This document shows, piece after piece, positions 23,201 to 34,488 of a DNA stretch of 64,000 nucleotides (positions within the stretch are counted from its first letter, which is position 1; each line of letters opens with the position of its first letter). The DNA lies in the NCBI RefSeq assembly GCF_006345805.1, contig NC_043025.1, positions 1,550,001 through 1,614,000 on the forward strand, read 5' to 3'. Source of the stretch: Octopus sinensis (taxonomy: Eukaryota). The notes beneath the pieces were generated by a model. It saw nothing but the letters and a program-made list of their open reading frames with translations. It had not been told where the DNA came from and did not search any database. Made by a program: the position numbers and the translations under genes.

Positions 23201-26200
23201 AATAAGGAGAATGTGTGTGTGTGTGTGTGTGTGTGTGAGGGAAGGAGAGAGAAAAGAAATTATATTTGCGTAAGATATAAAGTTTGAGACAAAACCAGAA
23301 AGCCATTATACATACCCCAGGCCAAAATTGAACTGTTCTTCATAAAAGACGTCTGATATCTTTTGAATACAACGACCACACTTAGGAAGACATGGAAAGC
23401 TTCAACACTCATCCACGCGAGAGATGTCAGAAGGAAGTAATGTAAGAGGACAGCCACTGCCTACAATAATAATAACAACAACGACAACAGGTTACTGATT
23501 TCTGAGATTGATACATGGTCTTAAATAGATATTGTTTTGCAGGGTGGTGGTATATGGTTAACTATATCAATGTCAGTACTTCATTGGTATTTTAGGTTTA
23601 CAAACCCAGAAAGGGTGAAACCCAAATTAGACGCCTGCTGAAGGGACACAGTCTGTAGCTTTTGTGAACAAACTTTGCTTGGTATTGAGTGGTTGCATGC
23701 GGTGAGCTGGATTTGGGACTACACTTGGTGCTTGGGTGGAAGCAAGACGTGGATTCATGGCTTGTTCAGCAATTTGACTTGGTCGCCGTTTTCGCGCATC
23801 CAGTTGATTATAAACAGGAAAACTGCTACGATGTTGCTTGAGCCGATCAAGTAATAAATAATATATTGCACTACATGGATCATATGCATTATTTTTCAGA
23901 GATTCGATAGTATGCTGCTGATCAATACCATTACTGTGCATCTGGCGTAGAATATATTCACTGAACTCTCCAACTTGACCCTTAGCACCAATAACAGGAC
24001 TAGGGGGCAGACTTTTAGGAGGTCCACCATCTTCCTGAATCCAACGGTGGTTTCTGACCTGCTGAATAGTGAACCGTTTGGTTGAACGAGAGGCTAAGAC
24101 AGACGTGTTGGCTGGGGTAGACGTTTCATATAAAGGTGAGGGGGAGGTGTGCAAGACGTTATGCAAAATACAATTTGAAGATAAAAGTTTTGGAATCTTT
24201 TGATAAAAGAATATTGGGCAAATTGAAGGCCGCAAATAAGTTGAAACTGGGAAAATGTTGGAAACAGTTGCAACGTAGGTTATTACAGGGTGGAATGTAT
24301 TTGAGGTAGTATACGGTTGTTCATAACGCTTAACATAAAACAAAATATTCAATGGCTGGGAAGTCTTTTCGCTTACCTTACAACCAGCCATTGTTTGTAC
24401 GTATGACTGCATCCCGACAAGGAAGATAAAATAAGTGACAGCCAAAGAAGAGCACAGGCTTACTAAAACCTTTGAACTCATTAAATCCCATAGTTTTCTG
24501 AAATAATGAACAAAAACAATTAATATTTTATTTATTGAAGCAAACTCTAAAACACTCACTCAATGCATAAATAAGAACTACGACTGTGTGTGTTGGTGGC
24601 TGGCTCAGTCAGAAAATAAAGGGGATCTTAAAATCAATAAATATCTTAAAATCAATAAATATCTTAAAATCAATAAATATCTTAAAATCAATAAATATCT
24701 TAAAATCAATAAATATCTTAAAATCAATAAATATCTTAAAATCAATAAATATCTTAAAATCAATAAATATCTTAAAATCAATAAATATTTTATCTGTGCC
24801 TGTGTGGTAAGATGTTTGTCGTGGAAGCATATTTTTTATTGCACTCACCACCCATGAAGTGTCTTGTCTGTGTCCATTTTAATCGATAATCTGCCCTAGA
24901 AATTTTATTCTTGGCATCAAAAATTCACACTTTTCCTCGTTGACCTTAAAATCACAATCTTTTGGTTCTTCGAAGACCTTTTTAACATGCTCAGTATGCT
25001 GACCACGAGATTCACTTTTTATGGGTATGTCGTCAAGGGAAGCTATAGCGAAATCCGAACCTGCGAGCATGTGTCCATAACGTATTGGAAAATTCCAGGT
25101 TCTACCTCTCTATACCAAAGGGAAGTCGATTAAATTTATACAATCCTTTGTGGGTATCTATTGTCCATAATTTAAACACATTCCTCATCAACTTTGTACC
25201 TGCAAGTATGCTTCAGATACTTCCAGCTTTGGAAAGAAATTTTCTCCATTCAACTTACTCCAGATTTCAAGAATTCATTTGAACTTCTTAAAAAAGTCAG
25301 CTCATACTCGGATTTTATTATTTTTTCTTGACATAAACTGTTGCGGACGCCCATTTTGTGTGATCAATTTTTCAATAATGTCAAGCTTTTCACGTCTATC
25401 CAATTCGCCGTTGACTTGTTTCAACGCGGCGAAAGTTACAGTTCGTTTTGGTTTAAATACCACTATAGCGTTTTCTTTCACTTGAAAATTCGCATTTTTG
25501 ATTCAAAGACCTAATTCATCAGAAAAACAAACTCAAGGAAATATAAAAATTTTTTTTTTTTAATCCTCTGACGCCTTATTTGTACAGGCGGAAGAACCAT
25601 TCACATCTTTACGAAAAATATTTACGGGGAGGTCTCCTAAGTTGAATAATTCCATCCAGTCTGTTCCAAATAAATTTGTCTTATTATTCAACATAAAAAC
25701 TTTGGCTCTCAAAATTTTTCAACGAATTGTAACATCACTTAACATTTCGCCCATAAAATGTAATTTCTTTCCTGAAACCCCTCGCGCAATTTTCGAAGTT
25801 TCCTTTAATCTAGGTTTCCCTTTATTTCTCCATGCATCTGTGTTAAATATCGCGATATCACTGCACGTATCCAGCTGTAACTTCACATTCCCCTTATTCA
25901 GTTTTATAGACACAAATTTTCTTTTTTGAGCCTCAGAATTTTTGTTGACATTCTTTCCAGAATATTTTCGTTCGACCTTTTTTATTCGTTTCACTCTACA
26001 ATGTGAGTTTTTACGTCCGATTTTTCCACACTTAAAACATTTTAGATCTTTAAAAGGACAGTTACCTTTAAAATGTAAACCTCCGTACTCAGAGTATGGA
26101 CTGGGTTTTGACACTCGTTGTTTTTTTTTTTTTAGCCGTTTCAGGTCGACACGCATAAATCTGTGAACAATCTTTTTCTTCAGTTTTATCCGCATCATGT

Positions 26201-26990
26201 CTTAAATTAATAATACTCTTGAATTCTTTAGCCGCTGCTTGTAGAGTTAAGTTTGGGTCTTGTTCAAATTTCGTTAATCTGCATCTTTGCTTGCAGTTAG
26301 CCCTCGAACAGAAACTAGACATTTGAATATGTTCGGAGTAAATTAATTTAATTTGAATTTTTCATACTCTCTGTTCACAACTCCAGCATGGGTAACGAAA
26401 TATTCCTCATGTTTTTGACTAAAGTTAAGCACTGCCAGTGAGAATTAAACGGGGAACTTGTTTCACTGGAAATTTTCGATAAAAATGTTTCTTCAAATTA
26501 ATTTCACATGACGTAGATTGCGATTATACTGAAATTTGTTTTTCATCATAACCATACGTTTTGATGATGTAGAATACAATTATGTTAGAAAAATACTTCT
26601 GAAGCATATTCCATCTTTTCCTATCTAGAATTTATTAAATGCGTATGTTTTCCATAAAAGGAAATTTTTCAGAGATACTGGCTTAATTCAAAATGTGAAT
26701 TTGTTGAAACAGTTATTTGTTATGTTACAGGCTTTAGAACATCCCCACGTGATCACTGGATTCATGCTATTTCTAGCATACTAAATGACCACATAAAGGA
26801 TGGGCTACTCTTGTGTTTGTTTAAAAGAGAGAGATTAATGTGGCGAAGTTTAGTCAAAGTAATACCCGATTTCTTCATGAAATCCAATACTGTCTTGGTG
26901 AGTGGTATTATTCTGAATTTGTTTTCTGGGTGAGCAAATACGATTACACAAATAAAAGATACAAAGGAAAATTAGTTGTAATATACCAGA

Positions 26991-27023
<33 letters not shown>

Positions 27024-30000
27024 AGACGAAGTCACTACTGTCACTACTCTATTGTTCTATATTTTTTGTGAATTATAAAGCTATTCATCAAAGTGATAAT
27101 ATTCTGGAATTCTTTCCTCACCCATATTTTCCCTATAGACATCAAACACACCGATCTGACCAGCCTGTGAGTACCCCACAAACTGAGGTATACTGTCTCT
27201 CTCTGCATTTGAATAGTTTATAAAAGGAAGTAGAAACTGAAATGCTTACCTGAAACAAACATGAATTATTATTGTAAGAACAAGACAGACGAATGACATT
27301 GCACAGCCTGTTTTTGATATAATAGATAAGGCATTGTCTGTCTCTCTTTCAGCCTGGTAGACATTCTACAAAAGAAACAAACAAAAACAGATTAGCTCCT
27401 CCTACTACTCCTTTCTTATATGTCAGTTAGTACTTAAAACGAGAGTGTATAATGCTGATGTAGAATGTGAGGACTCTGCTGCATTAATAATGTTCCAGGT
27501 AAGGTTGACACTAATAGAAACAATATCAAGGATCTGGCTATTTATTCTCAGTCTTCGTGATGTTAGGTGATGGCAGAACTGGAATGGGGTGAACAAACAT
27601 GTGCCTTTAGCTCCGCTTTCCTTCAGGCTGAAATAGTTACCGCAGACAGGGGGATGTTTTATTGTAGGTAGCAGAGGTATTGTTTGGAGCATGTATATTA
27701 TTGAAATGAAAGTCTCAGGTGGAGAAATGACATGCACGAGAGGAGAGATCTTGTGACAGAATCATGAAGAGACCAAATATTAACGTCTGGATAGCAAGCA
27801 TGTCTCAATATAAATGAAGATTTTTAAATCAGGAGAGATGATTCCGACGATCTCTACCCACTTCACATCAATGCTGAAGGAATTACTATGCATTACATTG
27901 GGAATGGTAGTATCGTACATTTAAAAGGAACCATCCGGTGTATAAACTATAAAGAACAGCGATGACAACTAGAGCAGCAGAGACTTTTTACAATATATCA
28001 ACCTTATATATTTACCAAGATACTCTGCACCACAAAAGGCAGGGGATATGTTATTACACAACTCTTTAAAATCAGTAATGATTAGACATAACTGTCAAAT
28101 TACGGGTAATTAACAACTTGTCAAATTATTACCAACCATTAGTACGGCAAAACTTGTAAGATGGTCACAGGAGCAAACTATTTCCTTTCCAGATTCATGT
28201 TTGGATATTCGACAACCTCTTGATGACCACCCGGGACTCAGTCCTGAGCTTTCATCCCAGTAAACACATTGTGGGTTGGTGGCATTCTGAAAAAAATTGA
28301 ACATTGATAATTTGATCTAATTACTTTGTAATTAGAATATTTGTAATTATAATGCGACTCGTCTGACTTAGAAAATACCGAAAAAACCATGATCGTCGAT
28401 GTTTGGTTGGTATTGACATTGTGAACTCCATAATACATGCTGTGACATAGTTGAACTGATCATTTCATCTTGTTTATAAGTCTATGTCTTTTCTAGTAAT
28501 TTACACAGAATCGTTATTAGAAGGGAAGAAAAGGACATTGGATAGAGTAGTTCTAGAAATACCTAATGAAATATAAAATGATATGGTGTACACGGCTGGG
28601 ATGTGTTTCATCATAGGTCTACTGGGTCAGGGATGGCATGAACCTTAATAGCAACAGCAGCAATAATAAATACATAGCTATTACCTGATCTAATATATTG
28701 AACGATATCTTAACTGGTTCTTCAAGGTCGTATACTGAAATGTTAGGAATGTTAGCCGCAAGAACATGGCTGTTGATTCTAACATTTTGCTTGGTACTAG
28801 CGTTTTGTGTTACCTGTAAAGAAAATTCATTATGTAAATCAATTTATTCCATGGAATACATTGCTAAAGCGTGAAACGATCAAATGTTATTCTTGTCCTT
28901 AGACATCGTTACTTTAGTCAACAGCACAACTTAGTAAAATATATACTGGTCTCAAACTTTGGCACAAGGCCAGAGTTTAGGGGGTGGAGTAAGTCTATTA
29001 CATAAAAACCAGTAGTTTCATACATTTAAAAGGAACCATTCGGTGTATAAACTATAAAGAGCAGCGATGATAACTAGAACAGCGGAGACTTTTTACAATA
29101 TATCAACCTTATATATTTACCAAGATACTCTGCACCACAAAATGCAGTGGATATGTTATTACACAACTCTTTAAAATCAGTAATGTATAGACATAACTGT
29201 CAAATTACGGGTAATTAACAACTTGCCAAAATATTACTGGTACTTATTTTATTGACTGTGAAAGAATGAAAAGCAGAGTCGACATCGGTGAAATTTGAAC
29301 TCAAGACATGAAATGGCTCTATGCATTTTACCCAGCATGCTAACTATTCTGCAAGTCGAAAGCCTGGCAATAATACAATATATATTACAAAAAATATCCC
29401 ATGGGGGTTCGCACGTGACAGTTGTACTTGTTCTGAGGGACGGATAATTTGTTTAATACTGAAATTGTTTACATAATGGTGGCCGGTATTCGAGTAATTC
29501 TGTTGGTAATCAACGAATCCCACGTTCAATTTCACTGCTTAACATCTTGAGTAAATGGATGTCTAACACAGATTCCGGTTGGTAATTTGTTCTGTAATCC
29601 ATTTGTAAGTATAAATGTGAGTGTATGTATGTATGAATTCACACACACACAGAGAGTAAAGTTTCTTTGTTTCTTGTATTAAGTAGGCAGTATTCAGAAA
29701 TGCTCAGATAAAAGACACGAGACGCAAAGATATAAAAAAGTATAAAGGTTAAGGAGAATTTCAGACAGGCTCAACAATTCAATCATGCATATATTGTCAT
29801 GGATCAATGCATATCGGTCTTTAAAATATACCAATGTATCAGTCGTTAAAATATTGAAACATTAAAAATTCATGAATATACAAATATATAAAAATCTAAT
29901 ATACATATATAAAAAGATGAGTGAAAATAGGTTAGGACGGCGTTGTAAAAATTATTAAGAATAAAAGTATGTATATACAGGGGTTGGACAAAATAATGGA

Positions 30001-33000
30001 AACACCTAACATCATAGCATCATAATTTTGAAATATCTATAAAACCGTCAAAAGCTTGTTTATTTTTGTTTTTTTATTTATTATTAGTGTCCCTAATGTT
30101 TTGCTAAAATTGCTGTTTCTTTTCAGATATCATCAGAAAAATGTAATTAAAATTTATCAAAATGACAGATCTGTCAGACTTTCAAAGAGGTAAAATTGTT
30201 GGTAGGCGCTAGCATAACGAAAACAGCCGAAATGTTTGGTGTATTAAGAAGTAATGTCTCGAAAGTAATGAGAAAACCTCTTCGTCGAAACAAAACTCCG
30301 GAAGAAAACCAAAACTTTCAGATAGGGACGATCGGACTCTTACGTGAATTGTTTGTTAGAAAAGATCACAAGAGTACAGATCCCAAAACTACTGCAGAGC
30401 TTAATGACCACCTCGAGAACCCATTTCCGACAGAAACTGTTCGCCGAGAGCTCCACAAAGCCGGATTACATGAGAGGGCTGCAATCAGAAAACCATTACT
30501 TTCAAAAACAAACGTTAGAGTGGAGTAAAAACCTACAGAATTGATCCCTAGAGCAGTGGAAGAATTTTATTCTCTCGGTCGAGTCATCCTCTACCTTAGT
30601 TTCGACCATCGGCCGAGTATACGTGTAGAAACAGACAAAAGAAGCATTTGAACCAGACTGCCTTCTTCCAACTGTTAAACATGGAGGAGGATCTGTGTTG
30701 ATCTGAGGGGCTATATCTTGGAAATCCGCCGGCTCAATGGTTTCCCTTCATGGCAGTATTAATAGTCTAGGCTATTTAAGCATTTTACTTGATCAGCTTC
30801 ATCCTATGACTGCGGAACTGCTTCCAGAGGGAAACGCAATCATTCAGGATGATAATGCACCAATTCACACAGCTAAAGTTGTTACTGAATGGCATGAAGA
30901 ACATTCTAGTGCAGTCGAACATCTTATCTGGCCACCAGTCCCCAGATCTCAATATTATTGAACATGTATGGTGCATTTTAGATAAACAAGTAAGGAGTCG
31001 ATATCCTCCACCATCATCACTACAAGAACTGGAGACTGTTTTAGCTGAAGAATGGAGAAAAATTCCTTTGGAAACAATTCAAACTTTGTACGAGTCCATA
31101 CCTCGTAGAATTCAAGCCAAAGACGATCCTACCTCATATTAAAATACATTTGTTTGAGATTTTAAGGTGTCCAGCCTCTGTATGTACGCATAAAATACAT
31201 ATGTCTATACATATGTGTATGATAGTGTATATATGTAAGAGTAATTATAATCTTCATCATGACCATTATTTAGCATGTTTTCCATGCTGGCATGAATTTG
31301 ATGCTTGGAAAGGATCCCACGAACCCCAGGATTATATCAATCTATAATGTTGACTTTGGCAACGGTTTCTACAGCTGAATGGCCTTCCTGATACCATCCT
31401 CTTTACAATGTGTTCTAAGTGATATTCCAGTGTTACCAGTAAAAGTAAGCCCACCAAAACAAAGAAAAGGGGAAAAAATCCCCCTCGGTAGTGAAGGAGA
31501 ATATTTGAAAAAATAGGGGTGAGTGGTATTATACTAATGCTGAAGGTTAGATTATGGTGGAAGGACAAACAGAGGAGATGCAGACTATCCCATTTTATGT
31601 GTGTGGGTGGCAGTAGGTAAAAACAAGATATAGACAGAGGTAACGAGGTGCCTGGGTATATGTACGAGGTACAAGAAGGTAGGTACATGAGGGTATCCAG
31701 ACAGTGGGACACGTGGGTAAAGAGTGTGTAAAGAGATAGTGACAAATGGTAAAGTTGGGGCCAAGAGGTCGATTGTGTAAGGGATGAGTAAAAGCTGTTA
31801 ACGTCCCTTATGGTATTTGCAAAGGGAGGTCATCCCTTTCTCGTCAACCTAAGTGATACGCACGGACCGCAGTTTCTAGGTATTTGCCTGGCTTCGTCGT
31901 ACGGCAATCACCGGTTTTCGATGAAGGGAGTCCGTTTGCAAATACTTATTTTCGAAATCAGTGACGGAATTTACTGGAAAAACAATAAATAAATATTTGC
32001 AAACGGTCTCCCTTCATCGAAAACCGGTGATTGCCGTACGCCGAAGACAGGCAAATACCTAGAAACTGCAGTCCGTGCGTATCACTTAGGTTGACGAGAG
32101 AGGGATGACCTCCCTTTGCAAATACCATACGGGCACAGAAAGTGTGCCTAAAGCCAGCTGGAGACGATGATCACCTGGGGCTACAAGCTACAGTAACACC
32201 CACCCTTAGTGGTTAGCCATATAGAGATGGCTAGTATACTTTATGCTTTATATTTGTATTTCAATTATAAATGCTCTTCACGTCGTTACTTTAATCTAAT
32301 GTTATTTCAAGAGCAAACAGTGATTTCCTTTATATCTGATCAACAGAAATCAACAAATGTTTAAACTTTAGATTTTTATATTTGAACAAAGACTCTAAAT
32401 TAACTCAGAATGTCCGGTGTATTGGTCATTCTGTAGCGCTCCAATCAAGCTGAAACATCGGTTTCTGATGATTCGTGGATGTTATTTCTGTGTTTTTAAT
32501 ATACCAACTTCCTTAAGAGTAGTCTGTCCGAAATAAAACTCAAAACAAATACCCTCCTGAGTTTCTATATGCGTAATAAATTGTTCACATACACATACTC
32601 TCATATATAGATGTGTACATACACGCAAACATTGGCAGTTGTATTGTATTAGTATTGTCTCAAAATGTATCAATTCAAACATTCTCTGGTCAACAAGAAA
32701 TTTTTCCATTTTTGTTCCATACCCTATATAGCTTATCGTCCCGCATGGAGAAAAAAGTTATCCGCGAAACGGATGACCTTTCTTCGTCTTTCAGATGTTT
32801 TAATAAACTCCTTGGTAATGAAATAGATGCCATGATCTTCGCATCTGCTTCTTGTTGGTCGGGATTTGGTGAGTCGTATATCTGGTGGAGAAAAAGAAAG
32901 ATAAATTGAAATCAATAAAGAATAAATAACACTACTACAGTTGTTACTGCTACTATTATTGTAACCTCTTCTTCCACAACCACTACACGACTACAACATT

Positions 33001-34428
33001 GCAAGTAACATAATATCTAAAACTACCAGTATCATACACTGCCATTATCTCATACACAAGCAACCATTGGGGTTTCTAAGTCGGTCGACTAATTATTGGT
33101 CTATTCAATAATTTTCTACATTCTGCCTCGATCGCTTTCTTGTCTTGGGATCGCAGTGACATGAAAACAGAAGCATATTGTACAAAACTCTCATTATCTC
33201 ATTGTTTTCAACCAATGACATAATTTTCCACTAATTATTCCTGAAACGTTTTGTACCAAGCACACATACATACAACCAAATACACACATATACTCCCTTA
33301 GCTACACAATTACACATGATGATGTATACAGCTGAAACATGCACAAACTTGTTATATTTTTCTGATGAAGCAAATGATCAGAAAAATAATGCGGCCACTT
33401 GCACGAATGTAAGTTCTAATTATTGTGCTAGGGTTATTGATGATCTATTTAATCTGATTGATACATACATACATACATACATACATACATACATACATAC
33501 ATACATACATACATACATACATACATACATACATACATACCGAGGGCGGGGGCTGAAAAGTTGAAAAATTTCTTGCCTTGGGCAAACGAAAATATAGGAG
33601 GATCAGTTAATTATGATTTTAATCAACATATTTCCCTCTCAGACTCATTGCAGAGGTTCTAGTTGTTTTAAGTCTTGTAAAAGAACGCGGAAGGTTGGCC
33701 TTCCAACCAGCCCTTTCACGATTCCCTTAAAGCCATGACTTTCAGCATCTCCTCGTATACAAAGATAGGTATATAGATAGATATATAGTTAGATAGAATT
33801 GTAAGCCGCATCAAATAAAATAAGTACAAAATCTACTTTATATGACAATAAAATTAATTATGTTCCATTCTAATGTATTTTATCAACTTGGGTGTTTAGA
33901 ACAAACGGTTAACAAGAGAGTAATCATGAGAACTTTTGGTACCCATGTTTTTGGTTCTGTTCCATTGGTTCCATAGGAAACGCCATAGAAAAGACCATCG
34001 AATGTATCATTTTTCACTTTGGCAACACCAATACCAAGATTAGAATAGATAGCTGTGACTTGCTGCTCCTCCAGTGGAATCTTTTCTGGGATTTCTTGTA
34101 TAAGATGCAGCAATCTGTGAGGAAATCAAGAAAACGACTTTCAATTAACAATGTGTTTCGAATACGTAATTAGCTTTAGGTGTAATTACACTAATTATTT
34201 CGCTTAACAAATTTTTGCATGCTACTCTTGCTTCTAATACTTCTGTTGTTGTTGTTAGCGTTGATGCAACAACTTTTATTATTTATGCCGCTCCAAATAT
34301 GACCGCTGCAGCTATTGCTATTTCTTCTTCTTCTTCTTCTTCTTCTTCTTCTTCTTCTTCTTCTTCTTCTTCTTCTTCTTCTTCTTCTTCTTCTTCTTTT
34401 TCATCTTCTTCTTCTTCTGCTGCTGCTG

Positions 34429-34488
<60 letters not shown>

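Noticed and set aside
23627-24559. 310-aa ORF as a stand-alone gene
   Set aside because: It is a composite of the aGPCR TM2 exon, intron and SIK fragment.
24625-24789. CRISPR-like arrays (also 51610-51960 and 62801-64000)
   Set aside because: Head-to-tail tandem repeats without unique spacers; eukaryotic context; no cas genes.
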